From assembly GCA_026395595.1 (NCBI GenBank), contig JAPLYL010000008.1:56417-120416 (forward strand): 64,000 nt of DNA, given 5' to 3'. Shown one piece after another: positions 27,926 through 36,707 of this stretch. The notes under the pieces are model-generated. The model made no database searches. It was given only the letters and a program-made list of their open reading frames with translations, and was not told where the DNA came from. The position numbers and the translations under genes were made by a program. Each line of letters opens with the position of its first letter. The stretch's first letter is position 1. Origin of the DNA: Candidatus Parcubacteria bacterium (GTDB taxonomy: Bacteria; Patescibacteriota; Minisyncoccia; Phycocordibacterales; CAIJYI01).

Positions 27926-28558
27926 ATGGAAAACATTTGGATTTCAATCGCTCTTTCGTTGTTAACCGGTGTGGTTTCCAGTTCCTTGGTTGTTTTGTAT
28001 TTTGAGCTACGACACCAAAAAATGCACGCCCTTTCACGCGCGCATATTCTTGAACGATTTTCTCGAGAGCTATTTCATATACTCACAGCGGTCAGGATTG
28101 CTTCTAATCTCAAATTAAAAAACACAGCAACAAGCAAAGCCGAAATGGTTAAAGAATTGGAACAAATTTTGGGAAGAAATACCCTTACGATTCTTCTGGG
28201 GAGAATTTCTAATCTGTCTCCCAAACAACACCAAGTCTTACTCAACGAGCTGATTTTAGCCCACTCCTCTTTGTCTGTTTTATTTTCTCAGTCCATAGGC
28301 CATAAAACACTGGAAGATCGCATTGCGGCATCAATGGCGGAAACACAAGAGTGGATTGATTCCGTTTTAATTTACTACACTACGTATCCTGAAATTATTG
28401 ACGGGACAGCTGATCAGACAATCCACATGGTTTGGATGACAAGCGTTTTTAACCTTGTCGAAAATTCCTTTGCGATTCTCAATGACGTAGTAAAGGCTCA
28501 AACATTATCTGAGGGGGCATTACGTTGGGGCAGTCGTAGTTCAAAACACGGTTCTTAA
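27926..28558 (+). CDS. Hypothetical protein with N-terminal TM helix
   Basis: ORF of 210 aa with a hydrophobic N-terminus. No motifs. Confidence 0.45.
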   Translation: MENIWISIALSLLTGVVSSSLVVLYFELRHQKMHALSRAHILERFSRELFHILTAVRIASNLKLKNTATSKAEMVKELEQILGRNTLTILLGRISNLSPKQHQVLLNELILAHSSLSVLFSQSIGHKTLEDRIAASMAETQEWIDSVLIYYTTYPEIIDGTADQTIHMVWMTSVFNLVENSFAILNDVVKAQTLSEGALRWGSRSSKHGS

Positions 28559-28571
28559 TAAACTGTATATT

Positions 28572-29543
28572 ATGTTTTGCACAAACTGCGGAAACAAAAC
28601 ATATGCGGAAGATAACTTCTGCGGAAATTGCGGTAAAGCGAACAAGCGTACCAGTGTTTCAGGTGTTGAAAAACCATCTCCTAAAATAGAACCAAGACCG
28701 AGATCTCCAGCGTGTAAAGAACCAGAATATACACCGCCACCTATCCAACCTACTCGTAGTATTAAAGGTGAAGCAAGGGACGAAAAGAAAAAACAGGAAC
28801 GCAAAGAAGAATTGAGAAAGTTATTAGAGAGAGAGCGAGGACGAGAAATTTCCGATCAGGAACTCTTTGATGCAGAACTTTGGCTCACCAACTACGCCAA
28901 TCTGATGTATGACTTTGCCAAAACAGATTTTCAGAGAAAAACAAAGTTAGAAGAAAATCCAAAAGGTTTCCCTCTTGAAGGAAAAGGATATACCTGCGGC
29001 ATCTGTCACAACTCTATCTCAGACGAACAGACATGGTATGACCAAAACGGTCTCAAATGTTTAACCTGCCAGGATGCGTTAGATAAAAATATCATTCCGG
29101 TTTCAGTTATTATTGATCGTGAAAGTTGGTATTCAGTAAGTGATTTTGAAAGTAGTTTCTTTATGAAGCCAAATGCGGTGAGGAGATTCGTAAAAGAGGG
29201 TCTGTTAAAACCACGAATCATTTCAAATGCCTCAGGAAAAACTCACTTCCAATTATTTCTTATCGAAGAGCATGAAGGTATCTTGCCTCCTAAAGAAGTG
29301 ACGAAATGGCCAATGGTTAAATTTAAGAAAAATGGCAAAGTCTACTATCATTCAGAACCGTGGTTTATGCATAAAGATCCTAAAGAAGCTCTGGGAAGTT
29401 ACAAGATATCGGAGTACATGGCGACCCTGAAAGAGAACGAGATAAAGCAGTCATATCCTGATCTAAGCTTTGAAATGCACCTGGGATCAGAGTCTATATT
29501 AAAGATTGATTATATTGATGAAAAGCCAGAAAGTGCCGAGTAG
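28572..29543 (+). CDS. Zinc-ribbon domain protein (two CxxC...CxxC modules), hypothetical
   Basis: N-terminal CTNCGN...CGNCG, then a charged/Pro-rich linker, then CGICHN...CLTCQ. Confidence 0.5.
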   Translation: MFCTNCGNKTYAEDNFCGNCGKANKRTSVSGVEKPSPKIEPRPRSPACKEPEYTPPPIQPTRSIKGEARDEKKKQERKEELRKLLERERGREISDQELFDAELWLTNYANLMYDFAKTDFQRKTKLEENPKGFPLEGKGYTCGICHNSISDEQTWYDQNGLKCLTCQDALDKNIIPVSVIIDRESWYSVSDFESSFFMKPNAVRRFVKEGLLKPRIISNASGKTHFQLFLIEEHEGILPPKEVTKWPMVKFKKNGKVYYHSEPWFMHKDPKEALGSYKISEYMATLKENEIKQSYPDLSFEMHLGSESILKIDYIDEKPESAE

Positions 29544-29574
29544 CGTCTCTTTTGTCTCATTTTCAAAAAAATGA

Positions 29575-29704
29575 GTATAGTGACCCGAGTGCCTCGACAT
29601 CACAGCCAAAAGTGCGCTAAAATACCCTTACTGGGCTTAGACTCGCTGGTACTTAACCCGAGTGGCCCGCCATAAGAAAGAAGTATCGGAAGACCCGAGT
29701 GCCT
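29575..29704. repeat. Cluster of three RACCCGAGTR motif copies including 51-bp cassette repeat (copy 1) and 23-bp direct repeat (copy 2)
   Basis: gtgacccgagtgcc at about 29581. aataccctta...gtacttaacccgagtggcccgcc at 29621..29671. agtatcggaagacccgagtgcct at 29682..29704, identical to 11534..11556. Confidence 0.7.
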
Positions 29705-29709
29705 AAAAT

Positions 29710-30243
29710 ATGCAAAAGAAACAAACCACAATTATATTATTTCGAGGTCGCCCAGGCGTTGGAAAAAGCACTATTTCTAACGCATTCGCGAAAAAGGAGA
29801 ATATGCCGGTTCTTAGAAAGGACGATATTTATGATGCCGCCGCAACCTATGTAGAAGACCATGGGATACGAAACAAGATCAGTTACGATTCGCTGTTCAA
29901 GATGCTTGAGTCTAATATATCCTCAGAAACCTCTCTAATTCTTGATTACCCTTTCCAAAGGGACGAAGAGGTCTTAAACCTTCAGAGGTGGTGTAAAGAG
30001 CGAAATTTGCAACTCGTTTCGGTATTGGTGGTTTGTTCTGATCGAGAAATTTGGAAAAGTCGTTTTAATGTTCGTTCACAAAATCCAACGCCAAACCAAC
30101 TCATTACAGATTTAGATGAATTGGAGCGACACTATGGTGATTTAATTCTAAAACCCCTCGAAGATGAAATTGTCATTGACACTGTTGAATCCATCGAAAT
30201 CATCCTAAAACAGTTGGCGACCCGAGTACCCCGGGAGGGCTAG
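29710..30243 (+). CDS. Small P-loop kinase / AAA_33-like NTPase (zeta-toxin/gluconate-kinase fold class)
   Basis: Walker A ILFRGRPGVGKST. Length is 177 aa. Flanked by about 51-bp direct repeats. Confidence 0.6.
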   Translation: MQKKQTTIILFRGRPGVGKSTISNAFAKKENMPVLRKDDIYDAAATYVEDHGIRNKISYDSLFKMLESNISSETSLILDYPFQRDEEVLNLQRWCKERNLQLVSVLVVCSDREIWKSRFNVRSQNPTPNQLITDLDELERHYGDLILKPLEDEIVIDTVESIEIILKQLATRVPREG

Positions 30244-30257
30244 AGAAAAAACTTTGA

Positions 30258-30309
30258 AATACCCTTATGGTGTCTTGTCCGCCATAGTACTTAACCCGAG
30301 TGGCCCGCC
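30258..30309. repeat. Cassette direct repeat copy 2 (aataccctta...gtacttaacccgagtggcccgcc)
   Basis: The 23-bp 3' part is identical to 29649..29671 and the 5' aataccctta is shared. The middle diverges. Confidence 0.65.
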
Positions 30310-30314
30310 CGTAC

Positions 30315-30342
30315 AAAAAATAGCCCCGAGGGGCATTTTTTG
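30315..30342 (+). terminator. Terminator after kinase cassette
   Basis: gccccg-a-ggggc hairpin preceded by an A-run and followed by a T-run. Confidence 0.55.
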
Positions 30343-30540
30343 TTGGGAAGAGAGGAGCGAGTGCCCTGCGGCACTCGCGCGAGGGATTCGAAGAGGTTGA
30401 GTCTGTCGCAACGAGCCGAGGTCGGCGAAGTGAGACACGAAACCTATACCGCTCCTGTAAGGAGAGAAATTCCCTCCCTCTCCGTCAGCCCACACACCAA
30501 TGACGAATGTGTGACTCGGCTACCTCATAAATTGTAAATA
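30343..30540 (+). other. GC-rich structured non-coding segment containing a tRNA-Ser 3'-end-like stretch (tccctccctctccg); candidate attachment-site remnant or unclassified ncRNA
   Basis: Perfect hairpin gcgagtgcc-ctgc-ggcactcgc. cgagggattcgaa resembles the tRNA-Ser T-arm. A 14-nt exact match to the tRNA-Ser 3' end sits at about 30469..30482. Hairpin cacacac...gtgtgtg. ORFs on both strands are implausible. Confidence 0.35.
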
Positions 30541-30627
30541 AAAACAACGACTTTTTCGGTCGCTGTTTTTATTTTTATAAAAATCGGTTCTTCAATAAAG
30601 TCAATTTTTGAGATATAATAAGAACCT

Positions 30628-31095
30628 ATGACTTCGTACAAACACACTCAAATCAGTTACCTGATGATAGTTGTTACGCTTATGGTATTAGCTCTTTTTT
30701 CATGGGCTTATATCACCGCTCGGGCAGAACCGCCATCGGTTGACTCCGGCACAAATCTGCTCGTTACATCGATAATGGCATTCGTTCTGTTTCTTCTTGC
30801 GTCGCTTGTAACACTAACAGCGTCCATTGATGAAAAATATCTTAAGATTAAATTTGGTTATGGAATTTTTAGAAAAAAATTTTCTCTTAATGAAATAGTC
30901 TCAGCAAAGCAAGTAAAGAATCATTGGTATTACGGCTGGGGCATAAAATTCTGGTTATGGCCAAAAATGTGGATATATAATGTTTCCGGTTTTGATGCGA
31001 TTGAAATAACTATGAAGAATGGAAGAATTTATCGTATAGGAACGAATGACCCAAAAATACTTGAGACCGCCATTAAACAAACGATAAAAATTTAG
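30628..31095 (+). CDS. Hypothetical membrane protein (two TM helices)
   Basis: Hydrophobic N-terminal segments. Length is 155 aa. Confidence 0.5.
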   Translation: MTSYKHTQISYLMIVVTLMVLALFSWAYITARAEPPSVDSGTNLLVTSIMAFVLFLLASLVTLTASIDEKYLKIKFGYGIFRKKFSLNEIVSAKQVKNHWYYGWGIKFWLWPKMWIYNVSGFDAIEITMKNGRIYRIGTNDPKILETAIKQTIKI

Positions 31096-31341
31096 CATTA
31101 CCAGTAAAAACAATAACCACGATGTCATTTTGTAAAAATTGGAAAAGAGAAAATTATCATCCAGGCCAGCTTTTAGTCGGATTTCAAATCTTTCTTTTGG
31201 TTTTAATTATCGTCGGTATCACCCTTATCTTTACGCAAAATCTGTGGGTTCCCAAATTGGTGGAATTCATTTTGCTTCCAAAATAACAAAAACAAGCATA
31301 ACCCCTTCCCAAATCGTTAAAAATGTGTTATTCTTGAAGGA

Positions 31342-32790
31342 ATGTCAAAAAATGAGTCAATACTGCGATTTGAGAAAGTTCGCTTCGGATATTCAGAAAC
31401 CAAACCTCTTCTTGATGAAGTGGATTTTTCTGTGCGTCGCGGAACCAAAACAACCGTCATGGGACAAAATGGCGCAGGCAAAAGTACCCTTTTCAAACTG
31501 ATTACCGGTGAAATTTTCCCAGAAGAAGGAAACATTAACGTCTTCAGTGGAGTTTCTATCGCTGTTTCCCGACAGGTTATTCCTCGCGACCAACTTGACC
31601 TGACCGTCCGAGAATTTTTTGAAAAATCCTTTGACCATAAAGTGTACGATATTGACCCGAAGATAGATGAAATTTTGGAAGTCGTGCACCTTGATGTTCC
31701 CCGCGACCGCATTATGCGTTCTTTTTCCGGCGGACAACAAGCGCGTCTTTTGCTTGCCTCCGCCCTTATCCAAAATCCCGACCTGCTTTTGCTTGATGAG
31801 CCGACCAACAATCTGGATAAAGCCGGCATTGAACATCTCACAAAGTTTTTGAAAGAATATGAGAAAACCGTTATCGTCATTTCGCATGACGCGGGATTTT
31901 TAAACAGTTTTACCGATGGAGTTCTCTATCTTGATGTCTTTACAAAAAAAATAGAGCAATACGTCGGAAACTATTTTGATGTACGCGAACAAATTACCGC
32001 TCGGGTAGAAAAAGAGAATCGCAAGAACGCGCAGCTCGCAAAAGAAATTCAGGCAAACAAAGACAAAGCCAATTTCTTCGCCATGAAGGGCGGCCAGATG
32101 CGTATGGTCGCGAAACGCATGCGTGAAAAAGCGGAAGAAATGGAAGAAGAAAAAGTGGATACCAGAAAAGAAGACAAAACCATACGTCCCTTCATTATTC
32201 CCTCTCAACAAAACATCGGAGGAATCGTTCACATCACCGCTTTCAAAACCTACAAAAACGGCAAAGTGTTTCAAAGAAAAACCGACGTGAAGCTTGGGCG
32301 AAATCAGCATCTCCAGCTTCAAGGACCGAACGGAATAGGCAAAAGCACGCTTCTTGAACTCATTGCTAAAAATGAATCAGAAGGGACAACCATTCCGAAA
32401 GATATCGTCATCGGCTATTATCGCCAAGATTTTTCTACGCTCAATTTTGAGGACACCGCTTACGAATCACTCACCAAAGTCGCCCCGAAAGAAACCGAAG
32501 AAAAAATCCGCAGTATTGCGGCGGGATTTCTGCTTACCGGCAACACGGTTCACACAAAAATCGGAAGTCTTTCCGAAGGACAAAAAGGTCTCGTCGCTTT
32601 CACGCGTTTGGTTTTGCAAAAACCGGGTCTGCTCATACTGGACGAGCCGACCAATCACATCAACTTCCGTCACCTCCCTATCATTGCCGAAGCCCTCAAC
32701 AAATATGACGGCGCCATGATAGTGGTAAGCCACGTCCCCGATTTCGTGGAAAAAATCCGCATTGACGATGTGTTGGATTTAGAGAAATAA
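31342..32790 (+). CDS. ABC-F family ATPase (two tandem ABC domains, no TMD)
   Basis: GQNGAGKST / LSGGQQ / LLLDEP, then GPNGIGKST / LSEGQK / LILDEP. Length is 482 aa. Confidence 0.85.
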   Translation: MSKNESILRFEKVRFGYSETKPLLDEVDFSVRRGTKTTVMGQNGAGKSTLFKLITGEIFPEEGNINVFSGVSIAVSRQVIPRDQLDLTVREFFEKSFDHKVYDIDPKIDEILEVVHLDVPRDRIMRSFSGGQQARLLLASALIQNPDLLLLDEPTNNLDKAGIEHLTKFLKEYEKTVIVISHDAGFLNSFTDGVLYLDVFTKKIEQYVGNYFDVREQITARVEKENRKNAQLAKEIQANKDKANFFAMKGGQMRMVAKRMREKAEEMEEEKVDTRKEDKTIRPFIIPSQQNIGGIVHITAFKTYKNGKVFQRKTDVKLGRNQHLQLQGPNGIGKSTLLELIAKNESEGTTIPKDIVIGYYRQDFSTLNFEDTAYESLTKVAPKETEEKIRSIAAGFLLTGNTVHTKIGSLSEGQKGLVAFTRLVLQKPGLLILDEPTNHINFRHLPIIAEALNKYDGAMIVVSHVPDFVEKIRIDDVLDLEK

Positions 32791-32796
32791 AAAAAG

Positions 32797-32832
32797 TGCC
32801 GGCATTTTGCCGGCGCTGTTTTGTTTTTAGGT
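32797..32832. terminator. Bidirectional terminator (gccggc-atttt-gccggc)
   Basis: Hairpin followed by a T-run, between convergent genes. Confidence 0.6.
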
Positions 32833-32836
32833 CGCG

Positions 32837-33505
32837 TCAAAAAAAAGAAACGACGAGTCCAACAAGCAGAAGAACAAAGAGCATGCAGTCAAAAACGGTG
32901 TGATAGACAATTGATGTCGCAATCGCTCTTGAATGCGCCATGTTTAGATCTTCTCCGCAGTACGGCAGTGTTTCCAGATAGGCTTTCCTGTATTTATACC
33001 CCAGAAAAAATCCGAGAAAAGTTAGAGCGACAGGGGCGGCTAAAGGAATACCAAGCACGAGATGTATCAGCCCGAATTTCACCGATTGCCAAGATACGGC
33101 TCCCCACTCAGTGTGCCCGTAGCGGAAAATTTCTTCTTCCACTTTCACAATAAACGGAGCGAGAAAAATAAGTACAGTAAGCAAGACAACCGGAATACAA
33201 CGAATGAGATAATCGGAAGATTCTGCAAGATCCGTGAAGGGCTTTAATATAATGTTTCCGCCTTCGTGGGCAAAAAAATTCATCCAGCCTATTCGCATGA
33301 ACGGGATGAACACCATCAGAAACATCATGGTTCCTACGACGAGAATGAGAATTCCGAACACCTCCGCAATCATTTTTGGATGAACGCGTTTCCAAATAAA
33401 CGGAATGAAAGAGATATTCGCGAATGCCTCCCTTGCCATACTGACGATAAAATACAGAGAATACGCCAAAGCGATGCCTTTGAGATAAAAAACGGGGTCA
33501 GACAT
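32837..33505 (-). CDS. CPBP-family (CAAX/Abi) intramembrane metalloprotease
   Basis: EExxxR (EEEIFRYG), FxxxH (FGLIHL) and a later His motif. Multi-TM protein. Confidence 0.65.
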   Translation of the reverse strand: MSDPVFYLKGIALAYSLYFIVSMAREAFANISFIPFIWKRVHPKMIAEVFGILILVVGTMMFLMVFIPFMRIGWMNFFAHEGGNIILKPFTDLAESSDYLIRCIPVVLLTVLIFLAPFIVKVEEEIFRYGHTEWGAVSWQSVKFGLIHLVLGIPLAAPVALTFLGFFLGYKYRKAYLETLPYCGEDLNMAHSRAIATSIVYHTVFDCMLFVLLLVGLVVSFF

Positions 33506-33619
33506 GGGTTATGCCTCCTCTGTTGATTTATATGCAAAAAACTTATTCTGGCGTCAGAGTAACATAATTATATAGACAGGGCAAGAAATTCTTGTCCAAA
33601 GAGTAGTGATCTCAAAACA

Positions 33620-33656
33620 AAAAAAGAAGACGCCATTTGTAAAAAATGACGTCTTT
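33620..33656 (-). terminator. Terminator after terC-family gene
   Basis: On the minus strand aagacg...cgtctt forms a stem followed by a U-run. Confidence 0.45.
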
Positions 33657-33669
33657 GGTATTCATACCC

Positions 33670-34668
33670 TTATTTTTTTGGAAAACAAATCGATGTAATG
33701 AAGGCGATAACGAGTGCAGACATAATAATGCCAAATGATAACAATGAAGGTATATGAATACCAAATATCACGACAAGCATTTTTATGCCGATGAATACGA
33801 GAATAAAACACAAGGCCTTATTCAAATGATGGAATCTTTCCATAAAACCTTCGACGACAAAGAAGAGTGATCTCATCCCCAAAACCGCAAAAATGTTTGA
33901 TGTAAAAACGATAAACGGATCTTGCGAAATAGCAAAGACCGCAGGAATTGAATCAACGGCAAATATAATGTCGGTTGCTTCTACTAAAAGAACGATTAAA
34001 AAAAGTGACGTGAAAAGAACTTTTCCGTTCTCTTTTACAAAAAACCGACCTTCATGATTATTTGCAGAAAAGGGTAAAAAACGTCGTGCGAATTTTACAA
34101 TCCATTTCTCTTCAAAATTTTCGTCCTCTTCATTTTTCTCTTGCACCAGTTTAATACCACTATAGACAAGAAAAGCACCAAAAATATATAACACCCAGTA
34201 AAATTGACTAATGAGTAATGCTCCGGCTCCGATAAAAATTCCTCGAAAGACAAGAGCTCCCATAATACCGTAGAACAATACACGATGATGATATTTTGCT
34301 TCCAGTGCGAAAAAATTGAAAATCAGGATTAATACAAAAAGATTATCCACTGACAACATTTTTTCAGTTACGTAAGCGGTCACAAACAGAACGGCTGATT
34401 CTTTATCCATATACAGATAAATCAAAACAGCGAATGTGAGAGAAATAGCGACCCAGAAAACTGACTGGTACAAGGCTGATTTAAATTCCATTTTATGGCA
34501 AGTTCGGTTAAAGAAACCAAGATCAATAACCAAAAATAGCAATACGACAATTCCAAAAAGAATGGACAAAACCGTCTGGATACCCAACATTCCAAAAATA
34601 ACCGATATAATGGCTTTAATAGCAAGCGTGGATTCAGAAAGAATAAAAAAGATTGTTTGTATGCCCAT
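33670..34668 (-). CDS. TerC family integral membrane protein
   Basis: Duplicated signature LSVDNLFV and FAVDSIPAVF. Length is 332 aa. Confidence 0.8.
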   Translation of the reverse strand: MGIQTIFFILSESTLAIKAIISVIFGMLGIQTVLSILFGIVVLLFLVIDLGFFNRTCHKMEFKSALYQSVFWVAISLTFAVLIYLYMDKESAVLFVTAYVTEKMLSVDNLFVLILIFNFFALEAKYHHRVLFYGIMGALVFRGIFIGAGALLISQFYWVLYIFGAFLVYSGIKLVQEKNEEDENFEEKWIVKFARRFLPFSANNHEGRFFVKENGKVLFTSLFLIVLLVEATDIIFAVDSIPAVFAISQDPFIVFTSNIFAVLGMRSLFFVVEGFMERFHHLNKALCFILVFIGIKMLVVIFGIHIPSLLSFGIIMSALVIAFITSICFPKK

Positions 34669-34868
34669 GAGGGGCTCCTTAGCGTTGACGCTAAAATGAG
34701 ATGAAAAACAGGTACTTCTGTTGTTTTTTTAAATGTAAAAGTTCTCTTCAGACCCTTAAAAAGGTCTTTTTTCTGTTGTAGACAATATCATACTTTATAA
34801 TTAATGTCAATAAATTTTCTGAATTTTCTCTTTGTTTTTTTTGAAAAAAATGATAAAATAAACAGCTT

Positions 34869-35666
34869 ATGTCTAGCACTATACTAAATAAAGTCCCCGT
34901 CCCTACACGTTGGAGATTAGCAATAAAAACTCTTCCTTTTATCACTGTAATCATTTTTCTCAAGTTCTGTGTTCACTCTTACGGATATGAATTTTTAACA
35001 CTCAACTCTCTTTTTACCGCGATTATTTCCGCCAACATTTTTCTCATAGGATTTTTAATTTCCGGCACCCTTGTAGATTATAAAGAAAGCGAGAAGTTAC
35101 CGGGAGACTTGTCGTCAAGTTTGGAGGCAATGGCAGATGAAGGAATCATTATTTGGAAAAATAAAAAAAGCCAAGAATCAAAAGATTATTTATTAAAAAT
35201 ATCACAATTCAATAAAGCCCTTATTGATTGGTTTTACAAAAAAGAGCACACGGATACTCTCATGGAAAAGTTACGTTCCTTCAACGAAGATTTTCTCGCT
35301 TTTGAAAACCAAACTCAAGCAAATTTTATCGTCCGAATGAAACAGGAACAAAACAGTATCAGAAAAATGATAAACAGAATTCATACGATCAGAGAAACAT
35401 CTTTTTTGGGTACGGGGTATGCCATCGCCGAAATAATAACTTTTATTCTCGTTATCGGTTTGATTTTCATAAAAATGGATCCGTTTTACGAAAGCATCTT
35501 TTTTATTTCTTTCGTCAGTTTTATATTAATTTATATGATCTATTTCATCAAAGATTTAGATAATCCTTTTGGATACACAGAGGAAGACAGCTTAGTGGAA
35601 AACGTGTCCTTAAAACCGCTCTTGGACAGCCAAAAAAGACTAGAAACATATTACCAAGAAAAGTAA
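34869..35666 (+). CDS. Hypothetical multi-TM membrane protein
   Basis: Four predicted TM segments. No motif recognised. Confidence 0.5.
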   Translation: MSSTILNKVPVPTRWRLAIKTLPFITVIIFLKFCVHSYGYEFLTLNSLFTAIISANIFLIGFLISGTLVDYKESEKLPGDLSSSLEAMADEGIIIWKNKKSQESKDYLLKISQFNKALIDWFYKKEHTDTLMEKLRSFNEDFLAFENQTQANFIVRMKQEQNSIRKMINRIHTIRETSFLGTGYAIAEIITFILVIGLIFIKMDPFYESIFFISFVSFILIYMIYFIKDLDNPFGYTEEDSLVENVSLKPLLDSQKRLETYYQEK

Positions 35667-35765
35667 TGATATCTCCATCGTATTCTCAAGATAAAAAAAC
35701 GACCGAAGAAAGGTTTCTCTTTGGTCGTTTTTTTATTCTCTCACTGTATGTTTTTATCGGTGTTC

Positions 35766-36239
35766 CTACCCCTCTTCATTATTGCAATACGCTATCATAG
35801 CATTCCGAATAAATTCGGCCAACCCCTTCCCCATTTTTTCGTAATGTGATCTGAATCGTTCATCTGAAACATATATATCCGCCAATCCTCGATATATTTG
35901 CAAATTCGGTTCATAAAAAGTACGGAGGTGATGATAATGTCTCGCAATAAGCGCCTGTACTTTTTCACTTTCCGGCGCTTCACCCTCTTTCATACATTCC
36001 GCAATTTCCGCGATTATTTTATCCATATCAAGAGCCGACTGTGCCAGTTCCTCTTTGTTCATTTTTTTCACGCGCTCTTGCGATTGTTTATAGGCTTCGG
36101 TATCACCCCACTTCTCGCGAGTTTCTTCTTCGTGCTTGTTGATGTCGTCCATATTTTTATTTTTTGTTAAGAGAACTTTATTATAACAAAGGTTGTCTTT
36201 TTTTTCCCCTCTGATACGATAAAGAGAGGAAGTTACCAC
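35766..36239 (-). CDS. TipAS-like antibiotic-recognition domain protein (no MerR HTH)
   Basis: YVSDERFRSHYEKMGKGLAEFIRNAMIAY matches the TipAS C-terminal signature. The ORF starts with GTG. The internal Met (MDDINKH) is a possible true start. Confidence 0.6.
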   Translation of the reverse strand: MVTSSLYRIRGEKKDNLCYNKVLLTKNKNMDDINKHEEETREKWGDTEAYKQSQERVKKMNKEELAQSALDMDKIIAEIAECMKEGEAPESEKVQALIARHYHHLRTFYEPNLQIYRGLADIYVSDERFRSHYEKMGKGLAEFIRNAMIAYCNNEEG

Positions 36240-36296
36240 AAAAGGCCCACCGTCGTCCTGAGTTTACCGAAGGGCTATGGCGAGGCAAGGAAAAAT

Positions 36297-36653
36297 ATGA
36301 AAACAAAAAAAACAATTTTTGTCGCGCATCCGATCAGCGGAGACATTCAAGGCAACGTGGAAAAAATCCTTAAAATTTGCAAGGAAATCCATAATGAAAC
36401 GACGATACCCGTCGCCCCTTATCTCATGTCTCTCAGATATTTAGACGACAGCGAATCAGAAGAAAGAGATCTCGGCATCGGCGCAAACCTTGAAACATTT
36501 CACAGGGGATATGTTGACGAGTTATGGCTTTTCGGAGACACCGTTTCTCCCGGGATGAAAGAAGAAATTGATCTCGCTCTTTCTCTTGGAATTCCAATTG
36601 TGGCAAAAACAGAAGGAACAAAGAAATCCCTGCAAAATATAATCAGCGAATAG
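36297..36653 (+). CDS. Small hypothetical protein, nucleoside 2-deoxyribosyltransferase-like (DUF4406-like) fold candidate
   Basis: Length is 118 aa. KTIFVAHPISGD...LWLFGD pattern. Confidence 0.4.
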   Translation: MKTKKTIFVAHPISGDIQGNVEKILKICKEIHNETTIPVAPYLMSLRYLDDSESEERDLGIGANLETFHRGYVDELWLFGDTVSPGMKEEIDLALSLGIPIVAKTEGTKKSLQNIISE

Positions 36654-36661
36654 TTTTCAAA

Positions 36662-36690
36662 AAGCGATGCCATAGCATCGCTTTTTTCTT
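36662..36690 (+). terminator. Terminator (aagcgatgc-cata-gcatcgctt + T-run)
   Basis: Perfect 9-bp stem followed by a T-run. Confidence 0.6.
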
Positions 36691-36707
36691 TTTGATATAC
36701 TATACAG

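Noticed and set aside
30343-30540. SRP (4.5S) RNA identity for the GC-rich segment
   Set aside because: AGGUCGGCGAAGUGAGAC resembles helix 8 only superficially. The conserved AGCAG is absent.
31317-32322. Antisense ORFs (187, 164 and 140 aa) overlapping the ABC-F gene
   Set aside because: They are fully embedded opposite a strongly supported CDS and their translations are low-complexity.
34669-34860. yybP-ykoY (Mn) riboswitch upstream of the TerC-family gene
   Set aside because: The minus-strand upstream sequence lacks the conserved GGAGAGUAG / UUGACAUA elements. Only an RBS and simple hairpins are present.
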